Assembly (NCBI GenBank): GCA_030539175.1
Contig: JAUNSN010000003.1
Coordinates: forward strand, 1 to 56,345
DNA length: 56,345 nucleotides
Direction of reading: 5' to 3'
Source: a bacterium
GTDB taxonomy: Bacteria > Bacillota_I > Bacilli_A > RF39 > UBA660
Of the stretch, positions 17,594 through 27,451 are shown in pieces (position 1 is the first letter of the stretch; each line of letters opens with the position of its first letter). Position numbers and translations under genes: made by a program. A model generated the notes under the pieces. That model made no database searches and was not told the DNA's origin. It worked only from the letters and a program-made list of their open reading frames with translations.

Positions 17594-18329
17594 TACTATA
17601 AGGAATTATTAATTTATCACCTACCTTTATTTCCGTTAAATCATTATAACTAGCAAGTATTTCTTTAGTAACTTTATATTTTTGTAAAATATTATCTAAA
17701 TTGTCTTTTTCTTTTACAATATATACTTTATATGTAACAAAAGTCTCATTATTATCAATATTTTCAAAAACATCAATATCTACTACATCATCATTTGCAT
17801 TATTCACTTTTTCTTCTAACTCCAAATCTAAATTAACGACATCTTTTTTCTTAAAAACTACACTCATATCTTCTTCTAAATCAAGACATCTATTATCCTC
17901 TTTATCTTCTTTTATGTTATCTATTTCTTCTATCTTATTGGTTTCCTTTATTATTTTGTCTTTTTCTAAATTATCCCGAGAATCAGACATAATATCAGTA
18001 TTTTTAAGTTCAGCACCCTCAATATATACATCAATATTAACTTTTAATATATCGTTATTAATTATCTCATAATAAAAATCTTCTATATCAATAACCATAT
18101 TATTAATATCAAATCTTGAATCCATCGCTATATCAAATGGTAACGTAAAACTAAATGGTTCTTTGTTAATACTAGCCTCAGTCATTTTATAATCTCCGCT
18201 AATATGAAATTCACCACTTATAAGACTATCTTCTTCTAAAGAAAGAGTATGTTCTAGGGAAATGCTAGTAATTTCTGTAATTTGTGTTTTAAACTTTAAC
18301 TCTTTTTTAAAGGGAATAACTTTTTTCAT
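17583..18329 (-). CDS. SpoVID-like sporulation protein (N-terminal SPOCS-like region, acidic middle, C-terminal LysM)
   Basis: C-terminal YKVYIVKEKDNLDNILQKYKVTKEILASYNDLTEIKVGDKLIIP is a LysM motif. The N-terminus ITSISLEHTLSL..ISGEFHISGDYKM resembles the SpoVID N-domain pattern. Confidence 0.55.
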   Translation of the reverse strand: MKKVIPFKKELKFKTQITEITSISLEHTLSLEEDSLISGEFHISGDYKMTEASINKEPFSFTLPFDIAMDSRFDINNMVIDIEDFYYEIINNDILKVNIDVYIEGAELKNTDIMSDSRDNLEKDKIIKETNKIEEIDNIKEDKEDNRCLDLEEDMSVVFKKKDVVNLDLELEEKVNNANDDVVDIDVFENIDNNETFVTYKVYIVKEKDNLDNILQKYKVTKEILASYNDLTEIKVGDKLIIPYSNDE

Positions 18330-18376
18330 AATTCACATCCTTTCACCTAAAGGTATGTTTTAATATGAAAAATAGA

Positions 18377-18401
18377 ACAAAAAAAAGAGAATAATTTCTC
18401 T
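18377..18401 (-). terminator. intrinsic terminator after pnp
   Basis: On the minus strand: AGAGAA-ATTA-TTCTCT followed by TTTTTTTGTT. Confidence 0.45.
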
Positions 18402-18431
18402 AATTAATTATAAACATTTATAAAATATATT

Positions 18432-20555
18432 TTATTTTAAAAGTTCTTTTCGTGATAAATTCAATTTACCTTTCTTGTCATAACCTGTTGCTTTAGCGAT
18501 TAATTCATCACCTACTCTAACAATGTCTTTCACTTTTTCAACTCGTTTTTTATCAAGTTGTGAAATATGAATTAAACCCTCACATCCTGGCCACAGTTCA
18601 ACAAAACAACCAAAGTCTTCTATTTTAACTACTTTACATGAATAAACTTTACCAATTTCTACTTCACGAACAACATCTTCAATCATTTTCTTAGTTTTAT
18701 CAATAATACTTTGATCACTATGATATATAATTACTCGACCATCATCTTCTATATCAACTTTTACCGCCATTTTATCATTAACTGTTTTAACATTACTACA
18801 GTCTAAAATAATCTTTGTAATCATTTCACCACCGCGACCGATAACATCCTTAATTTTTTCTGGATTAATATTTATTTGTTCAACTTTAGGAGCATATTTG
18901 CTTAAAGATTTTCTTGGAGTACTAATGACATTACTCATAACCTCAAGTATTTGTAGTCGTGCTTCTTTAGCTTGTTTTAATGCTTCTAACAATATCTGAC
19001 TTGTAACACCTTTAATCTTAATATCCATTTGCATTGCACATATTCCATTTTTAGTACCTGCAACTTTAAAATCCATATCTCCCATATGATCTTCTAAACC
19101 TTGAATATCAGTTAATACTTTATAATTATCTCCATCACTCATTAATCCCATAGCAATACCAGCAACCATTTCCTTTATTGGTACCCCTGCAGCCATTAAC
19201 GACAAACAACCAGCACATATACTTGCTTGTGATGAAGAACCATTACTCTCTAATATTTCAGAAACTACACGAATAGTATAAGGAAATTCTTCTTCCTTAG
19301 GAATAACTTGAAGCAAAGCTTTTTCTCCTAATGCACCATGACCAACTTCCCGACGTCCAGGTGGGCCATATCGCCCTGTTTCCCCAACAGAGAAAGCTGG
19401 AAAGTTATAATGTAACATAAATCTCTTTTCTTCTTCTAAACCTAATCCGTCAAGTATTTGATGTTCACCTAATGCTCCAAGCGTAGTAACAGACAAGCAT
19501 TGGGTTTGACCTCTAGTAAACATAGCCGAACCATGAGTTTTTTCAAACAAGTCAATTTCTGCCGACAAATCTCTTAATTCGTCCATTGCTCGACCATCTG
19601 GACGTATTCCCTCATTTAAAATTAAATCTCTTATAATATGCCCCTCAGTCGTATTAAGAACATTTTTAACTTCTTTTATCAATGTAGCTAAATCTTCACT
19701 ATCGTGATACTTTTCTTCAAAATATTTTTCCGTATCAGCATATACTTGCTCAACTGTTTCATACCTTTTTATTTTTTCTTTTATCATTATTGCTTCTCTT
19801 AATGGTAAAGAACAAAAATCTATTATTTCTTTCTCTAAATTTTCATCAATACTCTTTAATTCAACAACAACTTTTTCTTTACCAACTTTTTTCCTAATAT
19901 CTTCTTGAAATTCTACTAAAGAAATTATTTGTTGATGACCAAACATAATCGCATCGACAACATCTTCTTCACTTGTTTGTTCACAACTTGCTTCAACCAT
20001 ATTAATTGCATCCATAGTACCAGCCACCGTTAAATTAATATCACTTTTTTCAAGTTCCTCAATACCAGGATTAATAATAAATTTATTATCAACACGCCCG
20101 ACAGTAACACCAGCAACAGGCCCTAAAAAGGGAATATCACTAATTGTTAACGCCAAAGAGCTACCAAACAAAGCTGAAAGCTCAGGAGAACAATCTTGAT
20201 CAACTGATAAAACAGTATTAATAACTTGAACTTCATTACGAAAGCCATCCGCAAACAAAGGTCTTATCGGTCTATCAATTAATCTAGCTCCTAAAGTAGC
20301 ATTCTCTGTCGGTCTCCCCTCTCTTTTTATAAAACCACCAGGTATTTTACCAACTGAATATAATCTTTCTTGATAATTAATAGTTAGAGGAAAAAAGTCA
20401 GCATTAGACTTATTTTTACTCATAACAGCAACTGATAAAACTGCCGTATCTCCATATCTAACCAATACTGAAGCATTAGCTTGTTTAGCCATACCACCAA
20501 CCTCAACTATTAAATCTTTACCACATAATTCATACTTAAATATATTTTTTTCCAT
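18432..20555 (-). CDS. pnp: polyribonucleotide nucleotidyltransferase (PNPase)
   Basis: 707 aa with two RNase PH-like domains, KH ([10 protein letters not shown]) and S1 ([20 protein letters not shown]). Directly downstream of rpsO. Confidence 0.95.
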   Translation of the reverse strand: MEKNIFKYELCGKDLIVEVGGMAKQANASVLVRYGDTAVLSVAVMSKNKSNADFFPLTINYQERLYSVGKIPGGFIKREGRPTENATLGARLIDRPIRPLFADGFRNEVQVINTVLSVDQDCSPELSALFGSSLALTISDIPFLGPVAGVTVGRVDNKFIINPGIEELEKSDINLTVAGTMDAINMVEASCEQTSEEDVVDAIMFGHQQIISLVEFQEDIRKKVGKEKVVVELKSIDENLEKEIIDFCSLPLREAIMIKEKIKRYETVEQVYADTEKYFEEKYHDSEDLATLIKEVKNVLNTTEGHIIRDLILNEGIRPDGRAMDELRDLSAEIDLFEKTHGSAMFTRGQTQCLSVTTLGALGEHQILDGLGLEEEKRFMLHYNFPAFSVGETGRYGPPGRREVGHGALGEKALLQVIPKEEEFPYTIRVVSEILESNGSSSQASICAGCLSLMAAGVPIKEMVAGIAMGLMSDGDNYKVLTDIQGLEDHMGDMDFKVAGTKNGICAMQMDIKIKGVTSQILLEALKQAKEARLQILEVMSNVISTPRKSLSKYAPKVEQININPEKIKDVIGRGGEMITKIILDCSNVKTVNDKMAVKVDIEDDGRVIIYHSDQSIIDKTKKMIEDVVREVEIGKVYSCKVVKIEDFGCFVELWPGCEGLIHISQLDKKRVEKVKDIVRVGDELIAKATGYDKKGKLNLSRKELLK

Positions 20556-20606
20556 TTTCTACTCCTTTGCTAAAATAAAAGCACAAGTAAAACAAGTGCT
20601 TATTAA

Positions 20607-20876
20607 CTATTTTCTAAGTCCCAATTTTTCAATAAGAACACGATATCTTTTAACATCTTTTTTAAACAAATATTGTAATAAACTTTTTCTTTTATTAACT
20701 TGAGCAATTAAACCACGTTTTGAATGTTTATCTTGTTTATTTGCTTTTAAATGTTCTGTCAAAGAATTAATGCTATGAGTTAAAATAGCAATTTGTACCT
20801 CAGGTGAACCTGTATCTTTTTCATCCTTAGCAAATTCTTTTATAATGCGTTTCTTATCTTCTTTTTTTACAGCCAT
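20607..20876 (-). CDS. rpsO: 30S ribosomal protein S15
   Basis: 89 aa with [25 protein letters not shown] motifs. Confidence 0.95.
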   Translation of the reverse strand: MAVKKEDKKRIIKEFAKDEKDTGSPEVQIAILTHSINSLTEHLKANKQDKHSKRGLIAQVNKRKSLLQYLFKKDVKRYRVLIEKLGLRK

Positions 20877-20960
20877 AAATTTTTCCTCCTTATATTAGTT
20901 TCACCTATTACCTAGAAAAACGACTGAGGTGCGATAATCCCAAGAAATAGGAACAATTAT

Positions 20961-20989
20961 ATATTACATTATTTTTTATATTTATGCAA
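20961..20989 (-). promoter_or_regulatory. rpsO promoter TTGCAT-17 nt-TAATAT, followed by a structured leader
   Basis: Read on the minus strand. The leader (20880..20955) contains mutually exclusive pairings CCTATT/AATAGG and CACCT/AGGTG next to the SD, compatible with S15 autoregulation. Confidence 0.45.
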
Positions 20990-20997
20990 GTTATTTC

Positions 20998-22344
20998 TTA
21001 AATATTTAATCGTCTCTTAGTATTTATACTATTTAATGATTTTTTATTAAACTTTCTTTTTCGAATATTTAATATTATCATAACAATTAATCCACTAACA
21101 AATATAGCATTTATTATTATTAATATTAATATTAATAGATTGGACTTATCTAATTGCTTAGTTAAAATATCAACAATATTCTCATTATATCTTTGCAAAG
21201 TATTATTTTCTATATCATAAGAATACCAACCCTTTTCGTTAGTTTCAACATTAACTCCATATACTAAAGCAAACTTATCTGTATCCTTAATCTTAAAAGC
21301 ACTAATAATAGTATCTAACACATTAATTGATGTCTTCTTATACATCTCATTTATATCTTCAACTAAAGCATCTTCAATAATATAAAGAGTAATATTACCT
21401 GTCTTTATCTCTTTATATTGCATAAATGAAGAACTTTCCTCATCATAAATAAACCATAATATCTTGCCACTTTCATCTTTTAATAAAACTAATTTAATTC
21501 CAATAATAGTGTTTTCATAAGCTAAAACATCTTCATCATTTATATTAACAGTAGTTTCCGTATAATAACTAGGAACTTCTACTTCAGTTTTTTTTCTAAT
21601 AACCGTATATTGTTTATTATCTACAGTTACAACTACAGGGTTTAACTCTTTAACAGTAGCCTTTATAGTATATACACGTGTGTTACCATTTTCTGCCGTA
21701 ACAGTTATATTAATATTATTAACACCATCAGTAACATCTAATTTACCCAACCCCTCTACATCAGCACGACTATCCTCTGCTTTACCACTAACTTCAATAG
21801 ATGTCGTACCAGCCTCTAATTCAACCTCATATTCCATTGTTTCTTTGGCAAATTCTGGAGAAATTTCAACACCAGCAATTGCCAACTGACTAAGATAATT
21901 ATTAGAAGAATAAGACGCTTGCACTTCTGCTTGCGTTAATATCTTAACAGAAGTCGATCCAGCTGACTTTAATATTTCTTGCTCAGATTCATAATCAATA
22001 ATAGAACCATTTTTTATACTTACAGTAGCCGATCCTGAGGCAGTAGCCACAAAAGTATAACTATATGAAACTGATTTTTTAGAACCATTACCATAATCAA
22101 CTATATGCGGTGTAGCATTTGATGAAGTTAGTCTTAACTTCGATGAATCATAATTCAAACTATATTCCCACGTCCCAAGAGGAGCATTCGAAGAAACTGT
22201 AACTGTCACATTAAAACTTTTACCAACTACTACTGATGATGAAGAAGTATTTACACTAATATACCCATTAGCTGCACTTACTTCTTTAATTCCACCAAAA
22301 CACATAAATAATGCAATTAAACATAAAACTATTTTCTTTTTCAT
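20998..22344 (-). CDS. C-terminally membrane-anchored surface protein with an N-terminal cohesin-like module and a cadherin-like beta-sandwich domain
   Basis: Signal peptide. GKSFNVTVTVSSNAPLGTWEYSLNYDSSKLRL fits a cohesin-type pattern. NYLSQLAIAGVEISPEF..YEVEL..NINITVTAENGNTRVYTIKATV is cadherin-like. A TM segment LLILILIIINAIFVSGLIVMIIL is followed by a basic tail. Confidence 0.6.
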   Translation of the reverse strand: MKKKIVLCLIALFMCFGGIKEVSAANGYISVNTSSSSVVVGKSFNVTVTVSSNAPLGTWEYSLNYDSSKLRLTSSNATPHIVDYGNGSKKSVSYSYTFVATASGSATVSIKNGSIIDYESEQEILKSAGSTSVKILTQAEVQASYSSNNYLSQLAIAGVEISPEFAKETMEYEVELEAGTTSIEVSGKAEDSRADVEGLGKLDVTDGVNNINITVTAENGNTRVYTIKATVKELNPVVVTVDNKQYTVIRKKTEVEVPSYYTETTVNINDEDVLAYENTIIGIKLVLLKDESGKILWFIYDEESSSFMQYKEIKTGNITLYIIEDALVEDINEMYKKTSINVLDTIISAFKIKDTDKFALVYGVNVETNEKGWYSYDIENNTLQRYNENIVDILTKQLDKSNLLILILIIINAIFVSGLIVMIILNIRKRKFNKKSLNSINTKRRLNI

Positions 22345-22354
22345 TTTATCACCA

Positions 22355-24655
22355 CTATTCTATTGTTATATTACCAAGAATATGTTTTTGTACTCTTAGT
22401 AAATCAACCAAAGTAACATTATTATCATTATTAACATCAGCAGCTTTCCAATAAGCCCCATCTAAATTAATAGATTTTAGTAATCGCTTTTGAATGCGTA
22501 ATAAATCAACCAAATTTATTGTCCCATCGCCATTATTATCACCCAATACAACAGCAGTATAATTTTTAGATTTATTATTACTATTAATTGTTACAACATC
22601 ACCAGTTGCGAAATTACCACTAGCTTTAGTCCCACCATTTTTATCCCTTATCGTAATATTGGATTTATTCTCAATACTAGTAATTTTTGATTTAAAATCA
22701 CCAATAGATGATTTAATAGTCAAACCAGTTATATAATAATCATCATGCTTATATGAACTTTTATTCATGATATCATCAGGGTTTAAAGAAGTAACAACTG
22801 GTATATTAGTATCAGTATTTTTATCACTATCATCAATATCAGGAGTTGAACCAGTATCAGTATTTGGAGTTGAGGATGTATTTTTAACAAAAACAATTGA
22901 ATAAGTTCGACTAGTATTATTTTCCGCAGTCACAACAATATTAGCAGTAGTTCTCGTTGAATTTAACGATATTGTACCTGTACCACTTACATTAGAAGAA
23001 GCACTAATCTTCGTCGCTCCCACAGTTACACTAGATGTTGAAGCATCAACACCATATTCATAAGTAGTAACATCTTGAGTAAAATTTTCTAACTTAATCC
23101 CATTAACAGAAATGCTTGATAAATAATTATTACTATTAGCACTTTTCGTTAAAATAGTTTTTTCTGGCATATTACTATAATAAGGAATATAAAAGACTAA
23201 GTTTTTATCTAATATTGATAAATCAACATATGAATTATAAGTCTTTATTGCTTCACTACGCGGTGCCATAATATTAGTCATATACTGATAAGTATATTTA
23301 GTATGAGTAGCAGTAGGTGCAACATTAAACCTTTGAAAATAAGTTGTATACTGCCCAGCATTAATATATTTAGAAGCTAAATAATTCATTCCGCCTTCAA
23401 TTGAACTTTCTCTTGTTTTCCAAGGACGTCCATATGACGTTTCCGTACCATTTTCACCACCATTTGCCCATATTAACCCAGCTATTGCTGGCCGTTTATA
23501 AGCAAATGCGCCAATATTATAAAAATTATAAATTCCAGTATAAGTTTGTCCATTACCTTTTTTATAAACGCTATCATATTCATAAACAAAACTCTCGCCA
23601 GTTGAAGCAACAGAACTATAACCTATTTCTTGTCTAACTCGAGAAGCCGAATGAATAGGACTTATATTGTATTTACTAGCTCCACTCATAAACGAAGATG
23701 CCAAAGATGAATAACTAGTATCAGCAATTATCTGATTTACCGCTTCAACTGTTTGATAACTTGACTGGTAAGACCAATCCTCAAACATCATAATACTCTT
23801 TTCACTTAAATTATTTCGAGGATCCATATAATAAGCAACCGTATTACTATTAGCCGCATACCACCCTGGTTCAATTTGATTATAAGTATCATTTGATGAA
23901 TTATAAGAACCATCCGCTAAAGAATAGTACCCCTTATCATAAGAAGAATATATCAAACTAGTTCCTACATAACTCTCAGCTGTTACTGATGCTTCCCAAT
24001 CTAAAGAAGTATTAATTGCTTTAAATATCCAATTAGGATACTTTGCATGAAGAACAATTAAGCTACCCCAATAAGTTGTTGGAAAACCTTGATTTTGTAA
24101 ATAAGATTTGAAAGATGTAGCTTCCGAATTCGATAATAAAGATGATGGATCAGTCGTAACAAAATCACCAGTTATATATGCAACATCATCATGAATCAAT
24201 ATCTTATACCAATTATTACTATAAGAAATTATATTTACTCTATCACCAACATTTAAAGTTTCCATAACACTAGAAGACGTAGAAGGCGAAGTACGAACAT
24301 TTACCTTTGTTCCAGTAACATATCCAACTTGCAAATTATCATTTACTGAAACCCCAGTATCAGTAGATAAAGAAACAAATTCTCCACATATATATGCAGT
24401 TTGATTATTATAATTAATTTGAAACCATTTAGAACATGAGTTATTAGCTCCAACACTTGTATTTGTAACCGTTAATTTTGTTCCACTATTAACACTAGTA
24501 ATAACATTAGATAAACTATTAGTATCAGTTGAAGTTCTAATTCTTACTCCATTACCCGTTACAGTAGCTGATATAGAAGCCAATACAGGACTAGAAAAAG
24601 CAAATGATGATACTACTAAAGATATAATCATAATATAATTAAGTATTTTTCTCAT
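22355..24655 (-). CDS. secreted peptidoglycan hydrolase: 2x SH3b, glucosaminidase, cadherin-like beta-sandwich, type I dockerin
   Basis: Signal peptide. SH3b patterns (GVRIRTSTDT..WFQINY; VNVRTSPSTSS..WYKILI). Glucosaminidase-like YNFYNIGAF and GQYTTYFQRFNV. C-terminal duplicated Ca-loop segments DNNGDGTINLVDLLRIQKRLL and DVNNDNNVTLVDLLRVQKHIL. Confidence 0.75.
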   Translation of the reverse strand: MRKILNYIMIISLVVSSFAFSSPVLASISATVTGNGVRIRTSTDTNSLSNVITSVNSGTKLTVTNTSVGANNSCSKWFQINYNNQTAYICGEFVSLSTDTGVSVNDNLQVGYVTGTKVNVRTSPSTSSSVMETLNVGDRVNIISYSNNWYKILIHDDVAYITGDFVTTDPSSLLSNSEATSFKSYLQNQGFPTTYWGSLIVLHAKYPNWIFKAINTSLDWEASVTAESYVGTSLIYSSYDKGYYSLADGSYNSSNDTYNQIEPGWYAANSNTVAYYMDPRNNLSEKSIMMFEDWSYQSSYQTVEAVNQIIADTSYSSLASSFMSGASKYNISPIHSASRVRQEIGYSSVASTGESFVYEYDSVYKKGNGQTYTGIYNFYNIGAFAYKRPAIAGLIWANGGENGTETSYGRPWKTRESSIEGGMNYLASKYINAGQYTTYFQRFNVAPTATHTKYTYQYMTNIMAPRSEAIKTYNSYVDLSILDKNLVFYIPYYSNMPEKTILTKSANSNNYLSSISVNGIKLENFTQDVTTYEYGVDASTSSVTVGATKISASSNVSGTGTISLNSTRTTANIVVTAENNTSRTYSIVFVKNTSSTPNTDTGSTPDIDDSDKNTDTNIPVVTSLNPDDIMNKSSYKHDDYYITGLTIKSSIGDFKSKITSIENKSNITIRDKNGGTKASGNFATGDVVTINSNNKSKNYTAVVLGDNNGDGTINLVDLLRIQKRLLKSINLDGAYWKAADVNNDNNVTLVDLLRVQKHILGNITIE

Positions 24656-24811
24656 TATCTATCGCCTCCAGCATAATTATATTATAGCAAACTTTGTTGA
24701 ATTTTGCGAGCAAATTTTGGTGTTTTATTATTATATTTTTAAATTACTGTAAACAAAAGAAAAAGCCACTTTTATAAAAGTGACTCACTTTAAAATGAAA
24801 GTTTTTTACAA

Positions 24812-25552
24812 CTACATTATTAAACCACCATCCACACTAATTATCGCACCAGTAGTATATAAAGATTCATTACTTGCCAAATGAACATATATCCCTTTTA
24901 AATCTTCAGGAGTTCCAACTCTACCAAGAGGCGCTGCATGTATCAGTTTTTGTTTCACTTCATCTGCAACATTATCACGCACCATATCAGTTTCAATAAT
25001 TCCAGGTGCAACAGCATTAACTCTAATGTTATAACGTCCCAACTCTTTAGCACATGTCTCCGTTATACCATTAATTGCAAACTTACTTGCCGTATACGCA
25101 ACTTGCATAACACCTCCATACAAGCTAATCATAGAACTAGTATTTATAATTGAACCACCGTTTTTAATCATATGTTTACCCACTTCTCTAATACATCTAA
25201 AAGTACCAGTTGCATTAACATTCAATACTCGCTCATATTCTTCATCAGTAGTTTCTAATATCGACTTTGCTTGTACTATACCAGCATTATTAACCAATAT
25301 ATCTATCTTTTTATATTTATCTATTACTTGCTCAACCATATTTCTTACATCACTACTGCTAGTAACATCAGTCCTAATAGTTAGTAATCTATCATTATTA
25401 TTTAACTTCTCTTTAGCATTATTTAATAATTCATCAGTTAAATCACATATTACTACATATGCCCCCTCTTCTAAATATGCCTCTGCTATTGCAAAGCCAA
25501 TTCCTTTCGCACCACCAGTTACAATAGCAACCTTATTTTCTAATTTTTTCAT
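24812..25552 (-). CDS. short-chain dehydrogenase/reductase (FabG-like)
   Basis: TGGAKGIG, NNAG and the YTASKFA catalytic motif. Confidence 0.85.
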   Translation of the reverse strand: MKKLENKVAIVTGGAKGIGFAIAEAYLEEGAYVVICDLTDELLNNAKEKLNNNDRLLTIRTDVTSSSDVRNMVEQVIDKYKKIDILVNNAGIVQAKSILETTDEEYERVLNVNATGTFRCIREVGKHMIKNGGSIINTSSMISLYGGVMQVAYTASKFAINGITETCAKELGRYNIRVNAVAPGIIETDMVRDNVADEVKQKLIHAAPLGRVGTPEDLKGIYVHLASNESLYTTGAIISVDGGLIM

Positions 25553-25576
25553 CTTATCATCCTCTTTCTTTTATTT

Positions 25577-26437
25577 TTATTCCACTATATAATCAATTAA
25601 TTTATAGCCATTATCTGTTTTCTCAAATGTATATGTATAAGTAGATAACTTATCTTTAATTGTTTCGTAGTTTTCTTCAAAATAAATATCTACTAAATTA
25701 TCAAAGTCACTCGAAGCATCACCAATTTTAGAAATGAGTGTCTCACGATTAGCCGCCCCATATATTAAATCATCTCCGTTCCCAAAAGCACTACCAGAAC
25801 TCCACACGCATTTATAAGCTATTTTATACTTATTATCATTAATATCAAAATTTGTCATCTTACATGTATATGGAAATAACGTACCTTCTCCACCATGACC
25901 GCCATGATTATATGTATATACACCAGTTGACTCATCATATGTATACATTATATGTTTCGCAGTTGAACTTTCATCTGGCCAATAATAGGCAATCTCGCAA
26001 AGAATATCTTCATGATTTAGACCCATATTACTGAGTGCAGTTTTGTTGAAGGCCAACTCAATTTCTTGACTGGTTATGGTATTAGGAAAGCCATTCCAAT
26101 CATTTGTTTGATCTAAATAACCAATTGCTACCCACAACTTCATCTGATTACTAATATCACTATGTTTAGTAACTCTAACCAAACTAAGCAATTCACCAAA
26201 CGAATATTTATTAGTTAATCCAACTAAATTTTCTAATTCTTCTTGAGTTGTAAATATTTCCATATAATCAACTTTTTTAGTATTGTCAACTATATCACCA
26301 TTATCGGATTTAGAATTATCTTGTCCTTTTTCAAAAAGACTTTTATAACCTATATACCCAACCATAGCAATTACAATAATTAATAATATTATTATAATTA
26401 CATATAATCCCTTATTACTGCTTTTATTTTCATCCAT
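25577..26437 (-). CDS. membrane-anchored protein, tandem paralog A
   Basis: RBS AGGAGTG and an N-terminal TM segment LYVIIIILLIIVIAMVGYIGY. The last 27 aa are identical to the end of the 26448..27344 product. Confidence 0.6.
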   Translation of the reverse strand: MDENKSSNKGLYVIIIILLIIVIAMVGYIGYKSLFEKGQDNSKSDNGDIVDNTKKVDYMEIFTTQEELENLVGLTNKYSFGELLSLVRVTKHSDISNQMKLWVAIGYLDQTNDWNGFPNTITSQEIELAFNKTALSNMGLNHEDILCEIAYYWPDESSTAKHIMYTYDESTGVYTYNHGGHGGEGTLFPYTCKMTNFDINDNKYKIAYKCVWSSGSAFGNGDDLIYGAANRETLISKIGDASSDFDNLVDIYFEENYETIKDKLSTYTYTFEKTDNGYKLIDYIVE

Positions 26438-26447
26438 TTTTTCACTC

Positions 26448-27344
26448 CTATTCCACTATATAATCAATTAATTTATAGCCATTATCAGTTTTTTCAAATG
26501 TATATGTGTATGTAGATAACTTATCTTTTATAGCATCATAATTAATATTAAAATAGTTATTAATATCTTCTTCTTTAATATCAACAATTAACTCATTAAC
26601 ATTATTTAATGCATCTATATAACTACCATAAAAGTTATTATCTTTATTTTTAAAGACATTTTTAAAAGATATAATATATTTATCATCCATCATTACTTTA
26701 AAATCGACTACTTTTCTTAATACTTTTTCTATTACAATATTATTATGCTCTACTTCAACATAACTATAAATATCTTTATTCTTGTTATATTCCCACATAA
26801 TATGATTATTTTTTTCAATAATTGACGTATAACAATAAATACTAGTATTAATAATATTTAACCTTGAAAAAGAAGTAGTATTAAAATATTCTTTTGCAGT
26901 AGTACCACTAAATTCTAAAAGTTGATTATCTTTTTTTAAATTTGAAGATACTAACCATAACAGATCTTGATTAGTAATATCATCATATTTTAATTTATCA
27001 TCTAATATAAATAACTCACTTTCAACAATATTATCTAATTCTTTAACAACAATAGCTTGTTCCTCAGACAAAGAAGAAGAATTATTATTTAAAATATCTT
27101 TTATAACTTTATCATAAACAATATAACTAACTAGTAATATTACAATAACCAATATAATAATTATAATGACACTATAGTTTCTTTTTGGGGACTTTTTTTT
27201 AATTTCTTCAGTCTTAATCTCTGGTTTTTCATCTTCATGCTTAATAGTTGGATTATTTAACTCATATACCAACTGACTACTAGACTTCTTTGTTTTACCA
27301 AAAGTTTCAGGATCATACAATACATTATTATCTTTATTATCCAT
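26448..27344 (-). CDS. membrane-anchored protein, tandem paralog B
   Basis: ATG at 27344 follows GGTGA. TM segment YSVIIIIILVIVILLVSYIVY. The C-terminal IKDKLSTYTYTFEKTDNGYKLIDYIVE is shared with paralog A. Confidence 0.6.
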   Translation of the reverse strand: MDNKDNNVLYDPETFGKTKKSSSQLVYELNNPTIKHEDEKPEIKTEEIKKKSPKRNYSVIIIIILVIVILLVSYIVYDKVIKDILNNNSSSLSEEQAIVVKELDNIVESELFILDDKLKYDDITNQDLLWLVSSNLKKDNQLLEFSGTTAKEYFNTTSFSRLNIINTSIYCYTSIIEKNNHIMWEYNKNKDIYSYVEVEHNNIVIEKVLRKVVDFKVMMDDKYIISFKNVFKNKDNNFYGSYIDALNNVNELIVDIKEEDINNYFNINYDAIKDKLSTYTYTFEKTDNGYKLIDYIVE

Positions 27345-27451
27345 CTTTATCACCATATCCAATAAAATTATATAATAAAGAAAAGATAAGTGTCAATAAA
27401 AGCAATCGTTTTTTCTTATTTTACATTATTTGCACTCATGTAATAATCTTT

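Noticed and set aside
17701-18072. 123-aa plus-strand ORF inside the spoVID-like gene
   Set aside because: It is the antisense reading of an acidic repeat region and produces an S/L/F-rich artefact.
20556-20606. Possible terminator or attenuator hairpin between rpsO and pnp
   Set aside because: Only a 4-6 bp stem (AAGCAC..GTGCTT) with an 11-nt loop. This is too weak to call from sequence alone, although such an element is known at this position in other bacteria.
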